From an uncultured Acidobacteriota bacterium (lineage in GTDB: Bacteria; Acidobacteriota; Terriglobia; UBA7540), in NCBI GenBank assembly GCA_963804995.1, contig CAWDSK010000006.1, positions 1,312,001-1,376,000 on the forward strand: a stretch of DNA of 64,000 nucleotides. Direction: 5' to 3'. Positions 19,072 through 29,743 of the stretch are shown piece by piece (position 1 is the first letter of the stretch; each line of letters opens with the position of its first letter). The position numbers and the translations under genes are program-made. The notes under the pieces were generated by a model. That model was not told the origin of the DNA. It searched no databases and saw nothing but the letters and a program-made list of their open reading frames with translations.

Positions 19072-20198
19072 ATGGCCAAAACTTTTCTATCTGCCGCCGC
19101 AATCGTATGCCTGCTTCTGACGGCGCTGTGCGATGCGCCGGTCTTCCCTGCTCGCCTTCCCGGCTCCGGCGCTGGCGTGGACGCTGCCGCCGACGCCGCG
19201 GCCCTGATCCATGCCGGCCACTGGAAGCGAGCGCGGGCGGCTCTCGAACCTGAAGTCCAAGCCCATCCCCAGGACGCTCCACGCTTGTACTTGCTCGCGC
19301 AAGTGAAAATGGCGTTCCAGCAGTTCGACGCGGCCCTGCCGCTTGCGCAGCATGCCGTCGAGCTCGAACGGCAAGGATTCCAACTACCACCTGAAATTGG
19401 GCCAGGTCTACGGGCAAATGGCGGCGCGGGCCAACATCTTCGCGGCCGGACCGCTGGCGGTGAAATTCCGCAAAGAGGTGGAAATTGCGCTCGAGCTCGA
19501 ACCCGCAAAACCTGGAAGCACTGGACTCCATGATGCAGTTCAAGTTTCAGGCCCCCGGCTTGATGGGCGGAGACAAGAATCAGGCGCGCGCGCTCGCCGA
19601 TACGATTACGCGTCTCAATCCCAGTGAGGGCTATCTCTCCCGAGCGAAATTGGCGGAACTTGAAAAAAACCCGGCAGAGGTCGAAGGCGATTATCTAAAG
19701 GCAGTCGAAGCCGGCCCCAGGAACTACGGCGCGCTCACCGCGCTCGCGAAGTTTTACAGTCACGCTCCCCCTGCCAAGTATGAATTGGCGGTGAAGAACG
19801 CCCAGCAGGCCGTGGAGATTGATCCCCTGCGCGTCGAAGCGTACTGGATTCTGGCGCGCTTGTTTGCCTTGCAGGAACGCTGGAACGATCTCGATTCGTT
19901 GCTCGGCGCGGCTGAAGAAAAGGTTCCGGATGACCTGCGACCCTACTACGAAGCTGCGAACGCCCAGCTTGAAACCGGCAAGGATCTTCCCCGGGCGGAG
20001 AAATACGCGAAGAAATATCTTGCCCAGGAGTCGGAGGGCGATGGGCCCGGCGCCGCCGATGCGCACCGCCTGCTGGGACTGGTTTCCGAGAAGCAGGGCC
20101 GCGTGGCCGAGGCCCGCGCCGAACTGGAAACTGCGCTGCGACTCAGGCCAAACTTCAAAGCTGCCAAGGAAGATTTGGCGAGGATCAACAAAAGGTAG
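19072..20198 (+). CDS. exported TPR protein, split by two +1 frameshifts (probably sequencing errors)
   Basis: Three consecutive frames join when one A is removed at 19362-19369 and at 19495-19502. Confidence 0.85.
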
Positions 20199-20229
20199 GC
20201 CGGACAACTCACCATGCCGGAACGCGGAT

Positions 20230-20317
20230 TTGAATTTACAGCCCTCGCCCCTTTGGGGGAGAGGGTGGACCGCAACCGGCGTTTTCATCAGCCGGGGCGG
20301 GACGGGTGAGGGGGTCA
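20230..20317. repeat. CCCTC(G/T)CCC...GGGTGAGGGG palindromic repeat family, copy 1
   Basis: Core GGCGTTTTCATCAGCCGGGGCGGGACGGG shared with 38771-38856 (reverse), 58794-58950 and 60059-60236. Confidence 0.85.
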
Positions 20318-20381
20318 TTCAGGAACGAATTAAGAACCGGAACCTCAAAAATGAACACTATCTGGGCTCGTCAGGCAAGCC

Positions 20382-20993
20382 TCAACCCGTTTTCTTCCGC
20401 CGCAACAGTTGGACCAGCAGCACGCCCACCACGACTACCGCAACGATCACCAGCGTAATCCGATTGATTCGCACCAGGAATCTGACTAATCGCTCCCAGC
20501 TACTGCCGAATATATAGCCGGCGCAACCGATGGCCAGGGCCCACGCCACCGCTCCGGTGAAAGTAAAAAAGAGGAAGCGCCGGTAGGGCATCTGCAACAC
20601 TCCGGCCAGGATTCCCGCAAACACGCGCAGGCCGGTGATGAAACGCGCCGTGAAGACGGCCCACGCACCATACTTCAGGAATTGCTGTTGGGCCTGGTCA
20701 TACCGTTTCTCCACCCAATGCAAGCGCCTCAGGGTGCGATTGACGAAGGCAGCGCCGCCGTAACGGCCGAGCCAGAAACCGAGACTGCTGCCAATCGTGC
20801 CCCCGGCAATCGCGGTGAGGATGGCCGGCGCCAACTCCATCTTGCCGTCGTAGGCCAGAAACCCGGCAAACAGCAGGACCGTCTCACCCGGGATGGGCAG
20901 ACCAATGTTTTCCAGCATCACGCCGAAGAAGACCACCCCGTACCCGTAACGGGCAAAGAACTCAGACAAGAGTTGGAAGATGGTATTGGCCAC
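20382..20993 (-). CDS. DedA family membrane protein
   Basis: ENIGLPIPGETVL, GRYGG, ARFITGLR. Confidence 0.93.
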   Translation of the reverse strand: MANTIFQLLSEFFARYGYGVVFFGVMLENIGLPIPGETVLLFAGFLAYDGKMELAPAILTAIAGGTIGSSLGFWLGRYGGAAFVNRTLRRLHWVEKRYDQAQQQFLKYGAWAVFTARFITGLRVFAGILAGVLQMPYRRFLFFTFTGAVAWALAIGCAGYIFGSSWERLVRFLVRINRITLVIVAVVVVGVLLVQLLRRKKTG

Positions 20994-21064
20994 GACTTCC
21001 GCGATTATGCACGAAGTCGGGTTCGCGGCCGAGAGGATTCTGGGTATGCTAAACTAGTCAAGAG

Positions 21065-22935
21065 ATGCGTGAACCTTTTCTGGACAGGATCGAGAAGCAG
21101 GCGCTGGTCTGTGACGGGGCCATGGGGACGATGCTCTATTCGCGGGGCATCTCACTCAACCGTTGCTACGACGAGCTGAATTTGACCCTGCCTCAGGCGG
21201 TTAAAGAGGTTCACTTGGCCTACGTCAAGGCCGGGGCGGAAGTCATTGAGACCAACACCTTCGGAGCCAGCCGGATACGCCTCGAAAAGTTCGACCTGGG
21301 CGAAAAGGTTCGGGAAATCAACCTGGCGGGCGCCCGCCTGGCTAGAGAAGTAGCGGGCGAAGACCTCTACGTGGCAGGAGCCGTGGGCCCGCTGGGTGTG
21401 CGCTTGGAGCCCCTGGGCCCCACCTCTCTGGCAGAGGCGCGCGCGGCCTTTCGCGAACAGATTGCCGCGCTCGTGGAAGGCGGCGTCGACCTGATCATCA
21501 TCGAGACCATGATGGATTTGGGCGAAGCCCAGCAGGCGTTACTCGCCCTGCGCGAAGTGGGCCGGGTTCCGGTCATCGTGCAAATGACCGTGCAAGACGA
21601 CGGCAGCACGCCTACGGGAACCCTGCCGGAGGACTTTGCGCGCGCGCTCGAACGCAGGGGGGGCGGACCTCATCGGCGTCAATTGCAGCGTGGGTCCCGC
21701 CGCCGTCGAGGAGACACTCGAAAGAATTGCGGCGGTCACGGCGAAGAAACTTTCGGCGCAACCCAACGCCGGAATGCCGCGCACCGTGGAAGGCCGCAAC
21801 CTCTATCTGTGCTCACCCGAATATATGGCGGGCTATGCCACGCAATTCATCCAGACCGGGGCGCGCCTGGTGGGGGGATGTTGCGGTACGACTCCCGAAC
21901 ACATCAAAGCCATCAAAGCTGCGGTGCGTTCCCTGCGCCCCCAGCGCTCGCGCGCGGCCGTGGAGGTGGCGGCGCGGCCCGGCCGTACGCTTGAACCGGT
22001 TCCCGTCGCCACGCGCTCACGCCTGGCGGAGAAGCTGGCGCAACGGGAATTTCCTGTCCTGGTGGAGGTGGTGCCGCCCAAGGGATGCGACGCGAATAAG
22101 GAAGTCGAAGGCGCGCATTACCTGCTCGAGCAAGGCATTGATGCGGTTAATATCCCCGATGGGTCCGGCTCGAACCGCCCGCATGAGCGCGCTGACCGTT
22201 GCGGCCCTGCTCGAGCAGCGCGCGGGCATCGAGGTCCTGCTGCACTACAGCTCGCGCGATCGCAACGTGTTGACCATCCAGTCCGACCTGCTGGGGGCCC
22301 ACGCCCTGGGCTTGCGCAACGTTCTGGCCCTGACGCGCGATACCGCGCAATATTCAACGGTACTGGAAACGGCCGTTTCGGAAGTGGATGCTATCGGACT
22401 TGTTAATATCCTGAACAACCTGAATCGCGGCCTCAACATGGGCGGCAACCCGCTGGGCGCGCAGACGGCCTTCCTGGTCGGCGTCAGCGTCAACCCCTAT
22501 GCCCTGAACCTGGAGGAGGAACTTCGCCGCTTCCAGTTCAAGACCCAGGCAGGAGCGGACTTCGCCGTCACCCAACCCGTCTTCGATGCCGGGCAACTGG
22601 CGAAGTTTCTGGAGCGGGCGCGCAGTTTCGCACCGCACTTACCCGTGATCGCCGGAATCTGGCCGCTGACCAGTTTCCGGAATGCGGAATTCATGAATAA
22701 CGAAGTTCCTGGAATCTCCGTTCCGCCTGCGGTGATGGAGCGCATGCGCAAGGCCGATGCGGGCGAACGGGCTCGCCAGGAAGGCCTGAAAATCGCCCAG
22801 GAGACCTTGCTGGAAATCCGTTCGCTGGTCCAGGGCGTGCAGATTGCCGCGCCCTTCGGCCGTTACGCCATGGCTGTCGAGGTCGCCCAAGCTCTGGGCG
22901 TGCGCCGGGCGCAGCCGTCCGTCAGCCGCCCGTGA
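21065..22935 (+). CDS. yitJ: bifunctional homocysteine S-methyltransferase/5,10-methylenetetrahydrofolate reductase, two +1 frameshifts
   Basis: DGAMGT, ETNTFG, GVNCS.GP, PNAG.P, GGCCGTTPEHI, then MTHFR part (RDRN, GADFAVTQPVFD) over three frames. Confidence 0.9.
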
Positions 22936-23061
22936 TACAATTCTTGTAATCGGCCCCACCGGGAAAGGCTGTATGGCTAAGCCTGGGAAGGGACGAATTT
23001 GCGCCCGCATTCGGAAAGCGCCAAACGGCAGGAGATTGTAGGATCGAGAAAGGACGCTGCC

Positions 23062-23322
23062 ATGTCTCAATCCGCGAAAAGCGACAAGCCAGAGCCTTTC
23101 GAAAAGAACCTGGCACGCCTGGATGCCATTGTGCAGGAGTTGGAAGACGTGGAACTTTCCCTCAACAAGGCCCTGCTGCTCTACGAGGAAGGGATGAAAC
23201 TTTCCGAAACCTGCCACCAACAATTGCAGGAAGCCGAAGGGCGCGTCGAGATTCTGACCAAGAAAGCCGGCGGGAAGATCGTGGCGGAACCCTTTGAATC
23301 GGAGGGGACGGAATCAAGTTAG
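23062..23322 (+). CDS. xseB: exodeoxyribonuclease VII small subunit
   Basis: FEKNLARLDAIVQELE..LYEEGMKL; xseB-ispA-dxs synteny. Confidence 0.93.
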   Translation: MSQSAKSDKPEPFEKNLARLDAIVQELEDVELSLNKALLLYEEGMKLSETCHQQLQEAEGRVEILTKKAGGKIVAEPFESEGTESS

Positions 23323-23337
23323 GCCATTTGATAGACG

Positions 23338-24249
23338 ATGAAAACTGCGAACCCGCTATCGACGGAGGTAATTCGCCAGCATCTGGAACAGTCCCGCACC
23401 TTGGTCGATGCGGAACTTGACCGGCTGCTCCCACCCGCAGAGGAGTTTCCACCGAACATCCATAAGGCCATGCGCTACTCGGTTTTTGCGGGCGGAAAAC
23501 GTCTGCGGCCCACCCTGTGCCTGGAAGCGGGGCGCTTGTTCGGCGGTGACGAGAAGAGTCTGCTTCGAGTGGGAAGCGCGCTGGAGCTGATTCACACCTA
23601 TTCACTGATTCACGACGATCTGCCGGCGCTGGACAACGACAACCTGCGGCGCGGCAAGCCCACTTCCCACGTGGTTTTTGGCGAGGCCACGGCCATCCTT
23701 GCCGGCGACGCTCTGCTGACCCTGGCCTTTGAAGTCATCTCCGGCGCGGACGGGGCAGCGGCGCCTGCGAAGCTACGCATCATCCACGAATTGGCTCATG
23801 CCATCGGCACGCAATGCGGTATGGTGGGCGGCCAGGTCATCGATTTGGAGACGACTGACCGGACCTGCGAAGCGCGCACTCTTGAGTACATCCATTCGGC
23901 CAAAACCGGCGCCTTTATTCGCGCCGCGGTGCGCTCCGGCGTGCTACTGACGACGGCAGGCGCAGACGACCTGGCGCGCCTCGCGGCGTACGGTGAAAAG
24001 GTGGGGCTGGCCTTTCAGATCGCGGATGATTTGCTTGATGTGCTGGGCTCCGAGGCGGAACTGGGCAAGACCATCGGCAAGGATGAACAACAGCACAAGG
24101 CGACGTACCCCGCGCTCCACGGGATCGAGATGTCGAAGCAGATTGCCTCCCGGCTGGTTGAGGAGGCCTGCGCGACGCTCGAACCCTACGGCCAGCGCGC
24201 CCACGTTCTCCAAGGCATCGCGCACTACCTTATTGTGAGGACCTCCTGA
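23338..24249 (+). CDS. ispA: farnesyl diphosphate synthase
   Basis: GGKRLRP, IHDDLP, RRGKPT, FQIADD. Confidence 0.95.
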   Translation: MKTANPLSTEVIRQHLEQSRTLVDAELDRLLPPAEEFPPNIHKAMRYSVFAGGKRLRPTLCLEAGRLFGGDEKSLLRVGSALELIHTYSLIHDDLPALDNDNLRRGKPTSHVVFGEATAILAGDALLTLAFEVISGADGAAAPAKLRIIHELAHAIGTQCGMVGGQVIDLETTDRTCEARTLEYIHSAKTGAFIRAAVRSGVLLTTAGADDLARLAAYGEKVGLAFQIADDLLDVLGSEAELGKTIGKDEQQHKATYPALHGIEMSKQIASRLVEEACATLEPYGQRAHVLQGIAHYLIVRTS

Positions 24250-26171
24250 TGGAATATCAGTACCTGACACAGATCGAATCTCCGGCCGACTTGAAGAAAG
24301 TACCGCGCCAGGATTTGCCCATCGTCGCTGATGAGTTGCGGGATTATATGGTCTCAGTTATTGCCAAGATCGGGGGCCATCTGGCGTCGAGTCTGGGAGC
24401 CGTGGAGCTCACTATCGCGCTGCACTACCTTTTTGACACGCCGCGCGACAAGATCGTTTGGGATGTCGGGCATCAGGCTTATGGCCACAAGATTCTGACC
24501 GGCCGCCGCGACCGCTTCCCCACCATCCGGCAGTACGGCGGAATCTCCGGCTTCCCGGTGCGCGACGAAAGTCCTTACGACACGTTTAACGTGGCACACG
24601 CCGGGACCGCGATTTCCGGGGCGCTGGGTATGGCGGTGGCGCGGGATCTCAAAGGCGAGAACTTTCATGTGGTGGCGGTGGTGGGCGACGCAGGACTGAC
24701 CTCCGGCGTGGAACTGGAAGGCATCAACAACCTGGGGACACTGAAGAAAAAGGTGCTGGTTATCCTGAACGACAACAAGATGTCGATTTCACCGAACGTC
24801 GGCGCCTTCGCGGGGTATCTGAACCGCATCGTGCACGGGCAGGCGTATCACCGACTGCGGGAAGAAGTGGAGAAGTTGATTCTGACCGTACCGCGCCTGG
24901 GCCCGCGCCTGGTCAAGCTTTCCAAGGACCTGGTGGAATCCGCCAAAAGCGTGCTGATTCCGGGGTTGGTATTCGAGGAGTTGGGGTTTGAATACCTCGG
25001 GCCCATTAACGGCCACAATCTGGAAGAACTGCTCGGCGTGCTGGCCAAGGCCAAAGAGCGGCCGGGACCGGTGCTGGTCCACATCGTCACCCAGAAGGGC
25101 AAGGGTTACCCGCAAGCCGAATTGCTGCCCGTGAAATATCACGGTGTGACCCAATTCGATGTTTCGACCGGGGCTTTTCACAAAACGCCCGCCCAGGCTC
25201 CGAGTTACACCGCCGTGTTCGGCAAAGCCATCTGCGAGGTGGCGGAAAAGGATCCGCGCGTGGTGGCGATTACTGCCGCCATGAGTGAAGGCACCGGCCT
25301 CGACGAATTCTCCAAGCGCTTTCCCGACCGATTTTTCGACGTGGGAATCGCTGAACAGCATGCCGTCACATTCGCCACAGGACTTGCCTGCGAAGGCATG
25401 CGGCCCGTGGTGGCGATATATTCCACCTTCCTGCAACGCGCCTTCGACGAGGTGATGCATGACACGTGCCTGATGCGCGCCCCAGTTGCTTTCGTCCTCG
25501 ACCGCGGCGGCCTGGTGGGCGCCGACGGGCCTACGCACCACGGGCTGTACGACCTGGTTTATCTTTCCGCGCTGCCAGGGATCGTGGTGATGGCGCCCAA
25601 GGACGAGAATGAATTGCGCCGCATGCTTTACACCGCGATCAATGCGAACTGCCCCGCCGCCTTGCGCTATCCACGCGGCAATGGCGTGGGTGTCCCTATG
25701 GACGCGGAATTCAAAGCTCTGGAGATTGGCAAGGGTGAGATTCTGCGCGAAGGCTCCGATATCGGCATCCTGGCCCTGGGGACCATGGTGAATCCGTGTC
25801 TCGAAGCGGCAACGCGGCTCGAGGCTCTGGGCATTCACTCAACGGTCATCAATGCGCGCTTCATGAAACCTCTGGACGAGGAGTTGATCTGCTGCCTGGC
25901 GGCTGAAAAACATTTCCTGGTTACTGCAGAGGAAGGCACGGAAGCCGGCGGGTTTGGCGCCCAGGTCGCGACTTTATTGCAGGATCGGAAAATCCCCGCC
26001 AGCGTATTGCGCATCGCCGTCCCTGACCGCATTATTCCCCACGGCGCGCCGAATCTGTTGCACGCCAAGTACGGCCTGGACGCCGACGGAATCTTCGAAA
26101 AGATCCAGAAGTTCGCCCACGAATTCCCTGTGCGGTCGGAACTCCGTTATCGCTCGCTGCTAAGATCGTAG
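24249..26171 (+). CDS. dxs: 1-deoxy-D-xylulose-5-phosphate synthase
   Basis: GGHLASSLG, WDVGHQAY, GIAEQHA, YSTFLQR, DGPTHHG. Confidence 0.97.
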   Translation: MEYQYLTQIESPADLKKVPRQDLPIVADELRDYMVSVIAKIGGHLASSLGAVELTIALHYLFDTPRDKIVWDVGHQAYGHKILTGRRDRFPTIRQYGGISGFPVRDESPYDTFNVAHAGTAISGALGMAVARDLKGENFHVVAVVGDAGLTSGVELEGINNLGTLKKKVLVILNDNKMSISPNVGAFAGYLNRIVHGQAYHRLREEVEKLILTVPRLGPRLVKLSKDLVESAKSVLIPGLVFEELGFEYLGPINGHNLEELLGVLAKAKERPGPVLVHIVTQKGKGYPQAELLPVKYHGVTQFDVSTGAFHKTPAQAPSYTAVFGKAICEVAEKDPRVVAITAAMSEGTGLDEFSKRFPDRFFDVGIAEQHAVTFATGLACEGMRPVVAIYSTFLQRAFDEVMHDTCLMRAPVAFVLDRGGLVGADGPTHHGLYDLVYLSALPGIVVMAPKDENELRRMLYTAINANCPAALRYPRGNGVGVPMDAEFKALEIGKGEILREGSDIGILALGTMVNPCLEAATRLEALGIHSTVINARFMKPLDEELICCLAAEKHFLVTAEEGTEAGGFGAQVATLLQDRKIPASVLRIAVPDRIIPHGAPNLLHAKYGLDADGIFEKIQKFAHEFPVRSELRYRSLLRS

Positions 26172-26264
26172 GGGCGAGCCCACACACGTCGAAGAAAACC
26201 AACTCCCCATTCATTCACCGTGGTAGTCTCTCCCAGAAATCCGAGCAGTAGGGGGGTATGAGTC

Positions 26265-27521
26265 ATGAAATCCCGAGAGCGCGTGGGGCGAGCCGTCAAT
26301 TTCCAGGAAGCCGATCGCGTGCCGATTGACTTGGGGGGGCTCAAGGCCTCCGGTATTTCGGTCGAAACCTATGACCGACTGACGCGCCAACTTGGCCTCC
26401 AGGTCACGCCGCGCGTGGCCGATTCGCCGGGCATGATTGCGGTAGTGGAAGAGGCGGTGCGGAAGCGCTTCAGCGTTGACGTGGCGTCGGTGGATTTATC
26501 CATGGTGTCCAGCCTCATGACCCCTCGCGACCAATGGGTACCTCGCCGATTATTCTCCGGCACCGATGTGCTATTTTCCCCCCACACACGCATCCAGGAA
26601 GAGCCGGACGGAAGCTGGGTGCTGCTGGATGCCAACGGCGCGCCCACCTCCTTCCGCATGCCCAAGGACGGCTACTACTTCGACGATGTCTCGATCAATC
26701 GCGGCAAGGGGATTGACCCCGCCAAGTTCCACCCCGTGGATGACATCGCAGACGAAGTCCTAAAACAGATGGAGGAATACTCCGCCCAGCTTTATAACGG
26801 CACGGACTACGCGCTGCTGGGATGGGGTGGCGGCGTCTGCTTCCTGGGGCTCAGCGTGATCACGGACCCGCGCTCAAACGTCACCATGGGCATGCCGGAC
26901 CAGTGGATGATGATGCTCCTGACGGAGAAGGAGACCTGCCACGAAATGATGAACCGGTCGGTGGAAGCGAGCATCAAGTGCATGACGCTTCTGCATCAGG
27001 CGGTGGGCGACCGCTGCTTTGCCTGGGGCATTGCCTCGGATGACAGCGGCACTCAGCGCGGCGAGTTCATCAACCCCAAGCTTTGGGCGGAAATGATGAA
27101 ACCCCACTACCAGAAACTCTGCGACTGGGTCCACCGCAACACACGCTGGAAGACGTTCCTGCATTGTTGCGGTTCGATCTACAACCTTATCCCGCATTTC
27201 ATTGCGGCCGGCATCGATATTCTGAATCCCGTGCAGACTTCAGCAGCCAACATGGACCCCGCCCGGTTGAAGAAAGAGTTCGGCCGCAAGATCGTATTCT
27301 GGGGCGGCGGCTGCGATACCCAGAGCGTCCTGGGCGGGGCGACGCCCGCTGAGGTCCGCGAGCATGTCCGGGAGCGCCTCGGAATCTTTGCCCCCGGCGG
27401 TGGCTACGTGTTCAACCAGGTGCACAACATCCAGCGCAACGTGCCCACTGAAAACGTCATCGCCATGCTCAACGCCGCACTGGAGTTTGGGGGGTACGAA
27501 GAGAGAGGGAATAGGGAATAG
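26265..27521 (+). CDS. uroporphyrinogen decarboxylase/cobalamin-dependent methyltransferase family protein
   Basis: DRVPIDLG, LHCCGS, LNPVQ, FWGGGCDTQ, HNIQ. Confidence 0.88.
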   Translation: MKSRERVGRAVNFQEADRVPIDLGGLKASGISVETYDRLTRQLGLQVTPRVADSPGMIAVVEEAVRKRFSVDVASVDLSMVSSLMTPRDQWVPRRLFSGTDVLFSPHTRIQEEPDGSWVLLDANGAPTSFRMPKDGYYFDDVSINRGKGIDPAKFHPVDDIADEVLKQMEEYSAQLYNGTDYALLGWGGGVCFLGLSVITDPRSNVTMGMPDQWMMMLLTEKETCHEMMNRSVEASIKCMTLLHQAVGDRCFAWGIASDDSGTQRGEFINPKLWAEMMKPHYQKLCDWVHRNTRWKTFLHCCGSIYNLIPHFIAAGIDILNPVQTSAANMDPARLKKEFGRKIVFWGGGCDTQSVLGGATPAEVREHVRERLGIFAPGGGYVFNQVHNIQRNVPTENVIAMLNAALEFGGYEERGNRE

Positions 27522-28009
27522 CTGGTAGCCATCTCTGAAACCGCGATGCCGTGTCAAGCGGATTTTAGGTGCCGATTGACAGAAGTCTGCACCTAGTTTC
27601 AGAATGGCAGTCAGCCGGCGAAGCGGAAGCGGGCTCTGCTGGCGAGCAACCCGCCGAGGAATAGCCGGTGGGAGGCTCATCGTAACGACGAGCAGGGGGG
27701 CGATGGGATGATCGCTCCTCCTCCTGGTGGTTACGATAGCTTCCCCATGCCTGAGAAAACGCCCGGCCGATTACGATCCTCGCCGAGTTCGCCACTCCGA
27801 AACTTGCACGGCTAAGTTAAAACACCTCCCTGGGGTAGGGCCAGGTTCTCACCCTGGCCTGCCGGTGGTGCGGTGGCCCAAGAGAAATCCCCAGGCCACG
27901 CACCCCCGACCGCGGCCGAGGAGAAGAATTCTCGCTCGGCCCTTTCTGAAACTCGGAGCCCAGGACGTGGGCGCTTGTCGCTTGCCACGATGTCGCCGGC
28001 GGATGCGCC

Positions 28010-28125
28010 GATTCCAGTCATCTCTACAGGATCACTGCGGGGGTCTCCCGCAGGCCTCAGTCTGTTGTTCGAGGGGCAGTTCCTCATCACGGTTCGGGTT
28101 TGGTTTCCCCATGGCTACCTCAGGC
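28010..28125 (-). ncRNA. putative bridge/seek RNA region of the IS (ends approximate)
   Basis: 5'-GGUAGCCA..ACCGUG..AACAACA..AGAGAUG-3' match the target and donor halves in canonical order. Confidence 0.8.
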
Positions 28126-29166
28126 TTACTGCCCCAGCTTGCCGGCTCTCCGGCCCCAACGTTCGGCCTGGAAAGGTGCTCCGTGTTTCAAAACTCCGTA
28201 AACGCAGCGGGCGACCGAACCCGCCACCGCCGTCTTGGCCACATTGGGGTGCTTGTGGCAGCGCCGCAGGTGCCAGTAACGCTGGCCGAGCGGGCTCTTG
28301 CTGCGCGTCAGGGCGTTGGCGGCGGTGATCAAGGCCCAGCGCAACCAGACCGGACCTTGGCGGGTGATCGGACCATGAATCGAAACCTCGCCACTATCGT
28401 AGGAACTGGGCACCAAGCCGGTATAGTTCAACAGCGCGTCGGCGGAGTCGAAACGCGCCAGGTCTCCGATCTCGCTCCAGATGACCGCCGCCAGCATGTG
28501 CCCGAGGCCGGGGATGGTCTGCAGGAGCGCCACCTGGGGGAAAGCCGCGGCGGCCGCCAGCAGTTCCGCCTCGCTGGTTTCGCGCTCGGCGCTGAGAAAA
28601 TCGTACAGGCGAAACATCCGCTCGAAACACAACTGCGCCGCCGACGAGAGCGCTTGCTGCTGGATCCAGGCTCGCCCCTTGGCGGTGAAGACGCACCGCT
28701 GCGGTCGCAGCCCGTGCATCTCCAGCAGGCTATTGACGCGGTTCTTCGTCTGGGCCCGCAGCCGCGCCAGGCCGCACCGCTGCCGCGCCAGCAGGCGTAA
28801 TTCCCGGATGGAAGGGGGCGGAAACCAAGCCTCCGGTAGCGGCTCCACGTCGTGCACCGCCAGTTTCTTCACCAAGCGCCGAGTGTCCAGCCGGTCCGAC
28901 TTCTGCTTGCGCAAGCTGTCGATCCCCGCCGTGTGCACCCAGTGCGCCCGATCCCGCCACCCCGCCTCTTCCAGCACACTCATCACAAAATAACCGCTGG
29001 TGGAAACTTCCAGAGCGATCTCCGCATCCGGCGGCAGCTCCGCCAAGCGCTGCCGCCACGCTTCCCGCGTGCACTCGATCGGCTCCAGCATTTTTACGTC
29101 TTCCCCGGGCGGAATCATCGCCATCCAACAACGTCCCTTGTGAACGTCCGACGCAACCGGTATCAT
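28126..29166 (-). CDS. IS110 family DEDD recombinase/transposase
   Basis: SDVHK, LEVS, KSDRLD (D-E-D-D); IPGLG, YTGLVPSSYDSG catalytic-Ser motif. Confidence 0.96.
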   Translation of the reverse strand: MIPVASDVHKGRCWMAMIPPGEDVKMLEPIECTREAWRQRLAELPPDAEIALEVSTSGYFVMSVLEEAGWRDRAHWVHTAGIDSLRKQKSDRLDTRRLVKKLAVHDVEPLPEAWFPPPSIRELRLLARQRCGLARLRAQTKNRVNSLLEMHGLRPQRCVFTAKGRAWIQQQALSSAAQLCFERMFRLYDFLSAERETSEAELLAAAAAFPQVALLQTIPGLGHMLAAVIWSEIGDLARFDSADALLNYTGLVPSSYDSGEVSIHGPITRQGPVWLRWALITAANALTRSKSPLGQRYWHLRRCHKHPNVAKTAVAGSVARCVYGVLKHGAPFQAERWGRRAGKLGQ

Positions 29167-29486
29167 CGTCTTGCCTCCTCGTTGAATTTCTTTCCCAGGT
29201 CCAGTCTACCTGGACCCGAGGAGGCATCGCCGTTTCATAACATCACGGTCAGCGTTCTTTTGACCGTGGGCTTTTCCCGCGTTGCCATACCCCCAGCGCG
29301 TAGCCCAGAGGTTTTCGGCTCCGAGACGAATTTCTCTGCGGCACTTTCTCATGGCCTGGCAATGAACCGGTCGGGTTCGGGATTTAAAGTGCCGCAGAGG
29401 AAAGCCAACTGCGCTTACCTCTGCGCTACCCCGCTTTGGAGGTCAAATCATTTACCATATCCTGCACATCCTGTGAGCACTTGCTG

Positions 29487-29529
29487 TTTATATCCTGGGC
29501 ATGGTTCTGTGTCAGTTCAGTAACGCTCA
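29487..29529 (-). promoter_or_regulatory. Crp-like site overlapping -35, promoter A
   Basis: minus strand TGAGC-N6-GAACT, CTGACA-17-TATAAA. Confidence 0.55.
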
Positions 29530-29623
29530 GGTGTTTGGTTACAGTTGCTCAAGCAGATTACATACCCAATCCTCTTCCCAATTAACAACAAGCGTGGCGC
29601 CATTGCCGCGAAAAGGAGGTCCT

Positions 29624-29743
29624 GTGTTCGTTGAACTCATGCCGCTTCTCGCTGGCCGCACTGTGCTCATCACGGTGGCCAGGGTGGATGACAAGACGCT
29701 TCGTGTCAATGTTATGTTTCGAGCAATGGACCAGGCTCCTTGA
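29624..29743 (+). pseudogene. truncated gene resembling the N-terminus of PRTRC system protein E
   Basis: RBS AAGGAGG then MFVELMPLLAGRTVLITVARVDDKTLRVNV; stops after 39 aa; family by pattern recall. Confidence 0.5.

Larger units (their letters stand above)
27530..29245 (-). mobile_element. IS110 family, IS1111-type insertion sequence inserted in a REP hairpin
   Basis: Sub-terminal inverted repeats 27536-27550 / 29223-29237 (14/15); CA core at 27530-31 and 29244-45; flanks rejoin into the REP seen intact at 62632. Confidence 0.92.

Noticed and set aside
21065..22935. yitJ, dapA and TPR gene as true pseudogenes or programmed frameshifts
   Set aside because: Breaks share one DNA motif regardless of frame or coding strand, which points to a sequencing artefact.
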